A stretch of DNA of 64,000 nucleotides. It comes from a virus (lineage: Duplodnaviria; Caudoviricetes). The notes below the pieces were generated by a model. That model was given only the letters and a program-made list of their open reading frames with translations, was not told where the DNA came from and ran no database searches. The position numbers were made by a program, and so were the translations under genes. This document shows, piece after piece, positions 1 through 10,000 of this stretch. The DNA lies in the IMG/VR virus record IMGVR_UViG_3300000756_000009, positions 1-64,000 of that record; one strand, given 5' to 3'. Position 1 is the stretch's first letter. Every line of letters begins with the position of its first letter.

Positions 1-276
1 ACAAAGTTACCACAAGAAGAAACTGTTGAAGTAAAAAAACTTACAGTAGAAGAATTAGAAAATCTGGTTAATGTTCAGCAGAAGATTAACAACATTACTT
101 TAAATTTAGGTAATGCTGAATTAGCTAAACAAGCAATGTTTTCTGAATATTCTAAAATTAAAGCTGAATGGGATGAGGTTGCAAAAACATTACAAGACAA
201 GTACGGTGATGTTAATGTAAACCTAGCCGATGGTACAATTGCACCAATGGACCCTACAGCTAACCCATTAGGGTAA
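1..276 (+). CDS. Partial (5'-truncated) small coiled-coil protein, possibly a tail-fibre chaperone/assembly-type protein
   Basis: Not in the ORF track. Frame 1 is open from base 1 to TAA at 274-276: TKLPQEETVEVKKLTVEELENLVNVQQKINNITLNLGNAELAKQAMFSEYSKIKAEWDEVAKTLQDKYGDVNVNLADGTIAPMDPTANPLG. The heptad-like helix plus KYGDVNVNLADGTI resembles small proteins seen next to fibre genes in Bacteroidota phages (recollection, unverified). Confidence 0.6.
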   Translation, partial: TKLPQEETVEVKKLTVEELENLVNVQQKINNITLNLGNAELAKQAMFSEYSKIKAEWDEVAKTLQDKYGDVNVNLADGTIAPMDPTANPLG

Positions 277-300
277 ATTCTTTATACATAAATATTTTAT

Positions 301-347
301 AAAAAATTTTATAACCAGACTTTTCTTGTTTGGTTATAAAATTTTTT
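301..347. repeat. Perfect 17-bp inverted repeat overlapping a promoter-like motif
   Basis: aaaaaattttataacca (301-317) and tggttataaaatttttt (331-347) are exact reverse complements, with 13 nt between them. Confidence 0.85.
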
Positions 348-356
348 GTATATTAT
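345..356 (+). promoter_or_regulatory. Putative phage promoter motif TTTGTATATTAT
   Basis: The same 12-mer occurs intergenically at 47937-47948 and 48723-48734, with near matches at 17188-17198 and 4822-4833. Each copy lies upstream of a gene on the same strand. Confidence 0.6.
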
Positions 357-405
357 AATTGTATAGAGCACAATAAACTATTACATTATAGTAAATAAAA
401 TATTT

Positions 406-2835
406 ATGATACCAACAAATTCAAGTAATACAACAAATGGATGTGATAGTATCTCATCTAACTGTGTCATTTGGCAAGGTCCAGATATTAGTTGTATAAA
501 CCTTTGTAATGGAGATACAATTAGTGAAGTAATAGCAAAATTAGCTACATTACTATGTGATCTGATTGAGGATGGGGTTACTGCTAATCCAAACTTAACT
601 GGTTTGGATATGTCATGCCTTAATATTCCGGGTACAACACCCACTACATTGGTTCCTGTATTACAGGATATGATTGAAGCAATATGTGCAAAGAATAATC
701 CAGCAGGACCTACTGCAGCATATATTCAAGCAAATCTTCCTATAATGACTTTACCTGCATGTTTAGTCTATAATGACGCACAAGGTAATCCAGTAACACA
801 ATTACGTTTAGATTTGTTTACAAGTCTTATTGCTAATAAAATTTGTAATATACTTACTTCAATAGTAACTATAAATACTACATTAACTAATGTCAATACT
901 AGATTATTAACATTAGAAGCGTGTGTATTACCATGTGAAGGTGGTGTTCCAGAACAGCAAGTAGTTCCAACATGTATAATTAATGTTGGTCAATTAACAG
1001 ATGTATCTGTTTTATTACTTGCTTTAGAAGTAAGATTTTGTGCATTAGAAACAGCCGTAGGTTTACCTGCTGCAATTAATGCTGCTATAAGTCAAGCTAC
1101 TATTTTAGGTACTACAACATCATTATCTAATCCTTCTGTATCATATGGTTCTATAACAGGATGGAATAATAACCCATCTACATTATCTCAAAGTGTTCAA
1201 AACATATGGGTTGTATTAGGTGATATGTATGAAGCTGTTTCAAGCATTCAAACTAATTGTTGCCCTTCAGGATGTTCTAGTATAACCTTTGGTTATAACA
1301 CATCAAATATATTAAATGCTAATGGTACAATAGCGGGTCTTAATTTTAATTTCCAAAATACAAGTGGAAATGGATCTGTTATTCCAGCAACATTTAATGA
1401 TTGTGCTGGTAGTACAATCATTACTATTAGAGATTCTAATAATGTTGCGGTTACTAGTACAGTTAGCGTTGCTGCTTTACAAAATTCTGCAAGTGGAGTT
1501 ACTATATCAATACCTAGTTTAAATACTTATGGAGCATTAACTGCTAGTGTAGCATTTTGTGTAACTGATGGTAGAGATACATGTAGTGATACAATTATTA
1601 AATCAGTTGCTGGAGTTATACCTTGTCCACAAGATCCTACTAATAGTGCAATTACAACTACAGGAGTAACAGTATCATTTGGAAATACTTTAGGTTTAAC
1701 AGCTGTTTATATTATAGATATTATCAATACTGCTACAAGTGTTGTTACAGCTACATGGACGCAAAATTCTCCTGGTACTTTTGTATCACATGCATTTACA
1801 GGATTAGTGGCAGCTACAAATTATACAGTTAAAATAACTGTTCAAATTGGTGGTCAAACTAAAATATGTACTAATACAATAGCATTTACAACTTTACCTC
1901 CTATAGCTCTTCCTACAGTAACTACAGCAAGTGTTACAAGTATTGCTCAAACATCAGCAATTAGTGGTGGAGTTTCAATAAATGCAAATGGCGGTACCAT
2001 TTCTAATAAAGGTGTTCAATGGAGTGCAACTCAAAATTTTGCAAGTATAATAGGAAGCACCTCTAATGGAACTGGTACAGGTAACTATACAAGCACTTTG
2101 TCTCCACTTGTAGCTAATACTCAATATTGGGTTAGGGCTTATGTTGTAAATGAAGTAGGTACGGGATATGGTCAACCAATAAGTTTCATATCAGCACAAA
2201 CAACAGTACTTAGTGCTTTTGATTACATTATTGTAACTTATCAATATGCACCACCTACTGGTCAAGATTATGATTTAGATACACTTACTACTTTTAGATA
2301 TCCAACTAGCACATTAGCTGGAACTTTATCTAACAATACAACTGGATTTATACCAGGAACAGGGGTTGTTGGTTGTGGAACACCATTACCAAGTAATGTA
2401 ATACCTAATGGAGCCAATATGAATACATCTTATCTTTATTGGGGTGGGGATGATAATCAACAATCAGTTGATGGTACTTATGGTGAATCAGTTGTTATAA
2501 ACTTTAAAAATCTTGAAAACAGTGGTATTTTAACTTCAACTAGTGTTATAGCAGAATTATATGCTGGCTGGCATAGTGGAACAACTGCATATCCAATATC
2601 TGTAAAATATGAAACATTTATTGGAGGTACTATTTCATATGAAGTAGTTGCTGGAGTTCCAACAAATAGATTAGTGAGCAATGGTACAGTTGTAGCAGCG
2701 GCAACAATTTCAAATCCAATAAATATTATTAGTGGAAATTGTTCTCAAGGTGTAAGTGTAAAAAGAAATGTGGCTGAAATATCTTATAATACAACTACAG
2801 ATATAGCAAGTATAGCATTTTTAGCATATTCATAA
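406..2835 (+). CDS. Cys-rich virion fibre/appendage protein with FN3-like domains
   Basis: 809 aa. N-terminal Cys-rich module (CDSISSNCVIWQGPDISCINLCNGD), T/S/N-rich beta segments, FN3-like blocks (LPTVTTASVTSIAQTSAISGG...LVANTQYWVRAYVVNEVGTGYG) and a C-terminal globular domain (FDYIIVTYQY...DLDT...YLYWGGDN). Confidence 0.7.
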   Translation: MIPTNSSNTTNGCDSISSNCVIWQGPDISCINLCNGDTISEVIAKLATLLCDLIEDGVTANPNLTGLDMSCLNIPGTTPTTLVPVLQDMIEAICAKNNPAGPTAAYIQANLPIMTLPACLVYNDAQGNPVTQLRLDLFTSLIANKICNILTSIVTINTTLTNVNTRLLTLEACVLPCEGGVPEQQVVPTCIINVGQLTDVSVLLLALEVRFCALETAVGLPAAINAAISQATILGTTTSLSNPSVSYGSITGWNNNPSTLSQSVQNIWVVLGDMYEAVSSIQTNCCPSGCSSITFGYNTSNILNANGTIAGLNFNFQNTSGNGSVIPATFNDCAGSTIITIRDSNNVAVTSTVSVAALQNSASGVTISIPSLNTYGALTASVAFCVTDGRDTCSDTIIKSVAGVIPCPQDPTNSAITTTGVTVSFGNTLGLTAVYIIDIINTATSVVTATWTQNSPGTFVSHAFTGLVAATNYTVKITVQIGGQTKICTNTIAFTTLPPIALPTVTTASVTSIAQTSAISGGVSINANGGTISNKGVQWSATQNFASIIGSTSNGTGTGNYTSTLSPLVANTQYWVRAYVVNEVGTGYGQPISFISAQTTVLSAFDYIIVTYQYAPPTGQDYDLDTLTTFRYPTSTLAGTLSNNTTGFIPGTGVVGCGTPLPSNVIPNGANMNTSYLYWGGDDNQQSVDGTYGESVVINFKNLENSGILTSTSVIAELYAGWHSGTTAYPISVKYETFIGGTISYEVVAGVPTNRLVSNGTVVAAATISNPINIISGNCSQGVSVKRNVAEISYNTTTDIASIAFLAYS

Positions 2836-2868
2836 TAAATAAAATAGTAATTTAATTAAAATATAAAG

Positions 2869-3429
2869 ATGGCATGTAATTGTACAAAATGTAGTAGTAA
2901 ATGTGGTTGTGCTGATACAGCATTAACAAACCCATGTACATATACTGACTGTAGTGTTGGTAGTGAAAGATGTGATGATATACAATGTGCAGAATGCGTT
3001 AGCTATTGTGGAACCTCTTTTCAAATAGGTAATCCCGGTACTTTATTGCAAATAGCTAAAGGTGAAAGACTTGATTCTATTATCCAAAAATTTGCTATGA
3101 TACTATCTAATGGTTTAGGAGCATGTACATCTAATGATATACAGCATGATCCATTCAATGTATATGCAGGTGTTATTACAAAAAATACAGTATCAGTATT
3201 ATGGAATGGAACTTGGAGTGGAAGTACAGGTGTTAATATTTATTATAATACACAAGTTGCTCCTGGCTCATGGGTTTTAGCTAATGCGGTACCAATTGTA
3301 CCAACTGTGTTTAATTATACAATAACAAATCTTTCAGCTAGTACAGCATATAAAGTAAAAGTAGTAAGTGTTGGTAACTCATCAGCATGTAAACCAATTG
3401 AAATACTATTTTCTACACTAGCGTTATAA
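2869..3429 (+). CDS. Cys-rich structural protein with a C-terminal FN3-like domain
   Basis: 186 aa. CDDIQCAECVSYCG...GERLDSIIQK parallels the N-terminus of the 809-aa protein. The C-terminus (YTITNLSASTAYKVKVVSV) is FN3-like. Confidence 0.65.
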   Translation: MACNCTKCSSKCGCADTALTNPCTYTDCSVGSERCDDIQCAECVSYCGTSFQIGNPGTLLQIAKGERLDSIIQKFAMILSNGLGACTSNDIQHDPFNVYAGVITKNTVSVLWNGTWSGSTGVNIYYNTQVAPGSWVLANAVPIVPTVFNYTITNLSASTAYKVKVVSVGNSSACKPIEILFSTLAL

Positions 3430-3483
3430 CATTAAAAAAAACAACAATAGTGGCGGTTTGTTGGTTTTCTGTCACAGGCGTTG

Positions 3484-3517
3484 AAAGAGGCTGGGGAAAC
3501 TCAGTCTCTTTTTTTTT
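3484..3517 (+). terminator. Intrinsic terminator
   Basis: Stem gaggctggg (3487-3495) / ctcagtctc (3500-3508) with a GAAA loop, followed by a T9 run. Confidence 0.8.
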
Positions 3518-3581
3518 AAAATCAACCTTGGATATTATAAAAAAAAATTTACATTTACATAATTAATTTAAAAAAGATTCT

Positions 3582-4787
3582 ATGAGTTATTTAAAAAATA
3601 AAATACTTGAGTCATTAAAATGGAAAAAATCACCAGCTTATTGTGCATCAAGACTAGGAATATCAGAAGAAGAATATATTAAAGTTAAAGATCAGATTCT
3701 GGGTAATTTTAAAAAAGTATATAAAAAACAAAATTCTAATATTACTGAATCTGTAGATTTAGAAAAAGGCCAATCAACAATTTCAGGTTCTTTTACATAT
3801 GAACCAAAAACTGCAGAACAGATAATTAAACTTTTAAAAATTGATACAAAGGTTTGGAAGTTATCACAATATTGGAATAAACAAATGGGTGACCATTGGA
3901 GAGTTTCAGCTTTAATAACTAAAATTAAAGAAAATACCAAAGAAGATTTATTAGTAAATTTATTAAACAATTGGAAACCAAAGGTTTATAAAACACCCAG
4001 TATAAATAAATCACATAACTCTAATAAAACAGATGTATGCGGAGTAATATCTTTACAGGATATTCATTTTGGAAAGCAAGGAAATGAAACTATTGATAAA
4101 GATTTTGAAGACACAATAAAAAACTTATTAAATAAAGGTACTGCATCACATAACATTAAAGTGTTGTACTTTGTAGTGGGTGGTGACTTAATCAATATGG
4201 ATACTTTTGCTGGCACAACAACAAGTGGAACACCTCTTGATAACTGTATGTCTGCAACAGATGCATATATGCAAGCTTTTGATGCAATGCATTGGGCTGT
4301 GAATTATATAAAAAATTACTGTGAAGAACTTGTAATAGTATATGTTCCGGGTAATCATGATAGATTATCTTCTCACCATCTGGTACATGCCCTATCTAAA
4401 TCTATTTATAATGATGGAGATATAACATGGGATATAAAGTATGAAGAAAGAAAAGTACATGTATGGCATAATAATTTTAATGCATTTGAGCATGGGGATA
4501 AAACAAGTAAAAACAATCCTTTGATATATGCATCAGAATACCCCAAAGAGTGGGGTAGAACAACAAACAGGACTTTATATAAGGGTCACATCCATACTGA
4601 TAAGAAAGTTGAATACATGACATCTAATGAGACGGCAGGGTTTATAGAAAAGACACTTCCCAGTTTATGTAAAACAGACTATTATCATTATAGTAATAAA
4701 TATACAGGTAATAGAAGATCAGGTAAATTAGAATTGCAAGATCCAATTCTAGGCATTATATGTGAATTAACTCATCAATCAGTATAA
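3582..4787 (+). CDS. Calcineurin-like metallophosphoesterase with an N-terminal HTH-like segment
   Basis: 401 aa. The ordered motifs DIHFG, GGDLINMD, PGNHD, FEHGD and GHIH form the complete metallophosphoesterase set. Confidence 0.85.
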   Translation: MSYLKNKILESLKWKKSPAYCASRLGISEEEYIKVKDQILGNFKKVYKKQNSNITESVDLEKGQSTISGSFTYEPKTAEQIIKLLKIDTKVWKLSQYWNKQMGDHWRVSALITKIKENTKEDLLVNLLNNWKPKVYKTPSINKSHNSNKTDVCGVISLQDIHFGKQGNETIDKDFEDTIKNLLNKGTASHNIKVLYFVVGGDLINMDTFAGTTTSGTPLDNCMSATDAYMQAFDAMHWAVNYIKNYCEELVIVYVPGNHDRLSSHHLVHALSKSIYNDGDITWDIKYEERKVHVWHNNFNAFEHGDKTSKNNPLIYASEYPKEWGRTTNRTLYKGHIHTDKKVEYMTSNETAGFIEKTLPSLCKTDYYHYSNKYTGNRRSGKLELQDPILGIICELTHQSV

Positions 4788-4845
4788 AGAAGCAACTTAA
4801 ATTTCATTAAGTGGTCTTTTTTTTGTAAATTATAAATATAAGTGT

Positions 4846-5412
4846 ATGATAAACAATTTTAGAAAACCAGATTTAAAGGCACCAAGATATAGAGAAAAAA
4901 GATTAGGTATATTAAATGAAGAAACAATAAAAGAATTTAAAGAAAAAAAACCTTTATATTCTAATATAGATAATGATAAATTAAAAAAGATAATAAAGCT
5001 TTATAATACAAATTTATGGGAAGCAGTAATTAAAAATAGAGATGGTGTAGAGTTACCTGATTCATTAGGATATTTGTTTATAGGCACATGTCCTTCTTCT
5101 AAAACGGTAAATACAAATTATGCACTATCTAAAGAATATGGTAAAGTATTACAAAACAAGAATTGGGAAACTGATGGAAACTTAGGTAAGATATTTTATA
5201 CTAACTGGTCAACAAAATATAGATTTAAAAATAGAGAATTATGGAGATTTGTAGCTTGCAGAGAATTTAAAAGAGCAGTAGCTAAAACTTACCCAGAAAG
5301 CTGGACTAAGTATGTGGTGATGAAAAACAAATATAGAGTGGCTCATTTATATGATGTAAATACAGAAGAAACCAAAAAGGAATTAGAATTATATAATGAA
5401 TTTGAAACATAA
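4846..5412 (+). CDS. HU/IHF-like DNA-binding protein (crAss-like structural-module type)
   Basis: 188 aa, basic. LWEAVIKNRDGVELPDSLGYLFIG resembles the HU/IHF helix-to-strand signature. It sits immediately before the ring/muzzle-like genes, as in crAss-like phages. Confidence 0.55.
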   Translation: MINNFRKPDLKAPRYREKRLGILNEETIKEFKEKKPLYSNIDNDKLKKIIKLYNTNLWEAVIKNRDGVELPDSLGYLFIGTCPSSKTVNTNYALSKEYGKVLQNKNWETDGNLGKIFYTNWSTKYRFKNRELWRFVACREFKRAVAKTYPESWTKYVVMKNKYRVAHLYDVNTEETKKELELYNEFET

Positions 5413-5417
5413 ACAAA

Positions 5418-6095
5418 ATGTCACAGATAATAATAGCAGAAGCAGTATCAAGAATAAGAGGTCAGGTTAAAGCTGAGGTTCAAGATTCTTTTGTAACAGA
5501 TAGATATATTTACAGTTTAATAGAAAAGTTTTCTCAAGTTTTAATGAGAAGACAAGACTCATTAAATAAATTAATGAAATTCAATTCTGTATGGTCAACT
5601 CTTCCATATGTAGAATTAATTGATGTTGATAAAGTAGAAGCAGGTTGTTCTGGAATAACTAGTGGATGTACAATCAAACGTACAAAACTTAAGTTACCTT
5701 CAATGATTGAAGGTTATTGGGGACCACTTATTAGGACCATAAGTTCTATAGATGGTTCACAAGAACTTCAAGCAACATATCCTGGAATATATACATCCAT
5801 GACTAAAACAACATCTTTTAAATATAATAGAGTAAAATATTTTTGGTGGTTAAATGGTTATATTTATTCACCTAATATTGAATGGGATGCTATCAAAGTT
5901 GAGGGTGTATTTAATGAAGATATTACAAAATGGAATTGTGATGAAAAAGATGATTGTACTCCCAGATATAAACAACCAATTTATGTACCTGAAGCAATGT
6001 TTGCAGAAATTGAATCTCAAATCATAAACATTATGATGAATACAATGAAGGTACCAAGTGAAGATTCTGATAATAAACAAAACATAAATAGATAA
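5418..6095 (+). CDS. Tail ring/adaptor-like structural protein
   Basis: 225 aa. Size, position upstream of the muzzle-like gene and the terminal helix (VPEAMFAEIESQI) fit crAss-like ring proteins. Assignment rests mainly on synteny. Confidence 0.55.
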   Translation: MSQIIIAEAVSRIRGQVKAEVQDSFVTDRYIYSLIEKFSQVLMRRQDSLNKLMKFNSVWSTLPYVELIDVDKVEAGCSGITSGCTIKRTKLKLPSMIEGYWGPLIRTISSIDGSQELQATYPGIYTSMTKTTSFKYNRVKYFWWLNGYIYSPNIEWDAIKVEGVFNEDITKWNCDEKDDCTPRYKQPIYVPEAMFAEIESQIINIMMNTMKVPSEDSDNKQNINR

Positions 6096-7036
6096 TGAGC
6101 GTATCACATAAATATAGAACATTCACTCAATTATATGAAGACGTTGCTGTTGACTTTGCATCTTACTCATTAGAAGGATTGATTGAACCTCAGCAATTAA
6201 TTAAAGTAGCTACTAGAATTAATTATGAACTTGGTTTAAAAATACATAGAACTAAGGAAACTATAATTGATGTAGAACATGGTAGAGCTCAATTACCTAG
6301 AGATTTTGCATATATTAATTATGCATTTCTTTGTGGTGAGTATCATATCAATGCATCAATGCCATCAGGTACACACGTTGAAACTTTTAATGATGTGCCT
6401 TACGTACCTGCACCTGGAGAAGTTGCTACATGCAGTACAGGAACAGGATGTGCTGATGTATGTGTAGTTCAAACATGTGATGATAAAAATAGTTATCAAT
6501 TAGTTCAAAGGATTTCTCCAAATCAATATAGAACTTATAGTACTTGGACTGAATTAAAAATTCAAGATATAAATCAAAAGAGTTGTTTTTGTCCTGATTT
6601 GGCAGCACAAGCTCCAGACATTGCGCAAATAGTTGATGGTTTTTTAATGACTAATTTTACTAGTGGTAGAGTTTATATTAGTTATCAAGGGGCTATGGAA
6701 TCACCTGATGGAGATTTATTAGTTCTTGATCAACCTCTTTGTAATGAATATTATGAATATGCATTGAAACAAAGGATATTAGAAAACATGATTTGGCAAG
6801 GTGAACAAATGGCTCCTCAATTACAATTGGTTGAAGCACGTTTAAGACCTGCAAGAAATAATGCATTATCATTTGTAAATACACCAGATTTTGCTGAAAT
6901 GCAAAAAGTCTTTATAATGAACAGAAGAGCTCAATATCATAATTATTATAATATGTTTATGAGTCATGCTCCATATAACCCAAGACTTCATAAAGGTATT
7001 AATACATCAAGCAGTATTAATAACCCTACACATTAA
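6095..7036 (+). CDS. Tail ring/tubular-like structural protein
   Basis: 313 aa, translationally coupled to the previous gene (TAATG overlap). C-terminal helices (NEYYEYALKQRILENM) and a Cys-rich insert (CSTGTGCADVCVVQTC). Confidence 0.55.
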   Translation: MSVSHKYRTFTQLYEDVAVDFASYSLEGLIEPQQLIKVATRINYELGLKIHRTKETIIDVEHGRAQLPRDFAYINYAFLCGEYHINASMPSGTHVETFNDVPYVPAPGEVATCSTGTGCADVCVVQTCDDKNSYQLVQRISPNQYRTYSTWTELKIQDINQKSCFCPDLAAQAPDIAQIVDGFLMTNFTSGRVYISYQGAMESPDGDLLVLDQPLCNEYYEYALKQRILENMIWQGEQMAPQLQLVEARLRPARNNALSFVNTPDFAEMQKVFIMNRRAQYHNYYNMFMSHAPYNPRLHKGINTSSSINNPTH

Positions 7037-7054
7037 TAAAAGAATTAAATAATT

Positions 7055-10000
7055 ATGGCACAGCAAAATGAAAATCCTGGGACATCTTCTGTAAATACTA
7101 ATTCATTCATTAAAGGAATGAATAAAGATATTACGCAGGCAATGGAACCAAAAGAAAGTTGGTGGCATGCGCGTAATGCAATGAATAATTCTACTGATGG
7201 AGATCTTGGTGTAATAGGTAATGAACCATCAAACTTACAATGTGGTGTAATTCCATATACAATTATTGGTGCTATACATAGATATGCTGATCAGTGGATC
7301 ATATATTCTACTGATGATATAAATTCAGAAATTGGTTTATTTGATGACAGTGAATGTAAGTATGAAGTTATTGTAAATGATCCTTGTTTAAATTTTAATA
7401 GAAAATATTTAATAGTTGGTGCAGCTAAAGAGAATTTTGATTGTACTTGGCAAGTATATTGGGATGATGGAAACAATCCTTCACGCTCATTAAACATTAA
7501 TAAAGTACCGTGGATTCAAACTGTATCTTCTGCACCTGGTGATCCTTGTGTTACTTTTGCTGATACAAAACAATTAAATTGTGAGAAAATAAGATTAGCT
7601 CCTTTAGTTGATACACCTTGTATTACTTTAAGTAAATCAATAGATGGTGGTATGTTACAAAATGGAGCATATCAAGCATTTGTTGCTTATACAGAAAATG
7701 AACAAAAGGTAACTGATTACATTGGTATTTCTAATGTTCAAACATTATGGTCACATGCCGGTACAGGGGGATCATTAAATCTTAAACTAAGTAATTTAGA
7801 TAAAGATTATGATTACTATGAGTTAGTATTATTAGTTAGAAATCAAGGTCAGATATATGCTAAACGTATAGGTCTATATAGTACACAACAACAAGATATT
7901 AACATTGATTATATTGATGATACATTAGTTGCTGTTAGTTTAAAAACAATACCTCAAAGAAGTCCTGCTTATGAAAAATCAAATGCAATGTATGTTGTAA
8001 ATGATTGGTTAATTAGACAAGGACCTGTGAGTCAATTTGATTTTAACTATCAACCAATAGCAAATGATATTAAAGTTAATTGGGTAGCAAATCAGATAGA
8101 TGCTAGTTATTATCATTTAGGTGGTAATAAATTGGGATTCTTAAGAGATGAACAATATGCATTCTTTATTAGATGGATTTATAACACAGGAGAAAGATCT
8201 TCTTCTTATCATATTCCAGGAAGAGCACCAAGGCCATTTACAACCCCTTCAGGGACATATCTAGAAACAGATATTATATATGGTGCTAATGTTTTAGACA
8301 CGGCTGGAGATCCTTTATATAAGGTTTATAATACAGGAACAATTACATCATCAGGTTTAAATGAAGTTCAGCCAGATGGTTCATTAGTTATTGCTAGAGG
8401 TGAAATGGGATATTGGGAATCAACTGAAAGATATCCTTCTAATAGACCAGACATTTGGGGTGACCTTTGTGGCAAGCCTATTAGACATCACAAGTTTCCC
8501 ACTGAAGAAGTAGGGGGTGCAAATTCACCATTACATATAAGTACAACAAACGGAGATTTAATTAATGTCTTGGGTGTTGAATTTAAAAATATTGGAAGAC
8601 CAAAATATAATGATGGAACATATATACCAAATGTTGTTGGTTATGAAATATTAAGAGGATCTAGAGCAGGTGCCAAATCTATTTTAGCAAAAGGATTATT
8701 TAGAAATATGCGTAAGTATACTATACCTAACGCAGAAAATTTAATAGGTGGTAATGTTCAAGGTTTATATCCTAACTATCCATACAATGATTTAAGACCA
8801 GATGTTTATTTTCATGATGGTGCTGCTAATAGCATTCATAGAACAAATGGTTGTAATAGTTTTACTGAATCAATAATTAGTTTTAAACCATTGGGTTCAG
8901 CTCCGGCTATAGCAGGTGATCCTTCTGGATATTCTAAAAAAGTATTTACTTTTTCATCACCAGATCTAATGTTTACTAAGCCTTTTCTTAATGCTTATGA
9001 AACTAGACTTTATGGATATTTAAGTGGTAATCAATCAGGTGCTTTTAAAGCATCAGAAGATCATCCTCAATTTAAGTTACTAAGAAATGGTTCAGCAATA
9101 ATAGCCTCAATTGTAGGTTTGGGTTATGCTATTGCTCAAATTCAAGGAGAAAGAGGAAGCACAAGATCATCAGGAACTTCTGGAGGGTGGATGGCAGATG
9201 ATTTTGTTTTAGCTTTCGGTTCAGGTGCTTCAACAGGTGTTGTTGGAGTAGTGGGTGCTGGACCAAATTTTCTTTCAAATTCAGGTGGTGCTGCAATTAA
9301 TGCAGGTATTATTGCTACTCTTTCAAATTTATATGAAAGTGGTGATAACGCTTTGGCTTTTCTTGATTTATGGGATGGTGGTCTAGGTATAGAACTTGCA
9401 GGTCAAGCATTTTCTACAGCCTCTAATACAGTAGGTATAGCTCCTGCAGGAATAAGTGGAGAATATGTAATTACTAATACTCAAAATACACCTCTTTCTC
9501 AATTACCAATAGCAATTACAGCATTTGTTACATTTTTTACATCAGCGGCAAATATTGCTATTGGTGGCAATGAAATAATAGAGTTAATTTATAATTTGGT
9601 TAACAAATCAGATTTTGTATTTAAATATAATTCAGCAGGATTTTTTAATCAATTTACAAAAATTAACACAGGATTATTTAGAATTAAAAATACAGATTCA
9701 AATTATTTAGGTCAATCATTTCAATCATTTGATGGTGGTAAGTATAAAATAAATAATTTATTTAGACCATCTACTGTAGCTGTTTCTTTAACTGATGCTA
9801 TAGCAGAACCAAGTGTAGTTGATACATCAAGATTTACAATTGGGGGAATGGTTAATGCTGATGGTACAACCACTGAATTTTCTGATGAATATTTAACTAA
9901 TCCAACAGCTAAACAAAAAACATCTATATCTGCTTATTATGGTGCTCTTAAGTTTAATTTTGATAATCAGTATGGTCAACTAGATGGTATTAAGCAAGTT

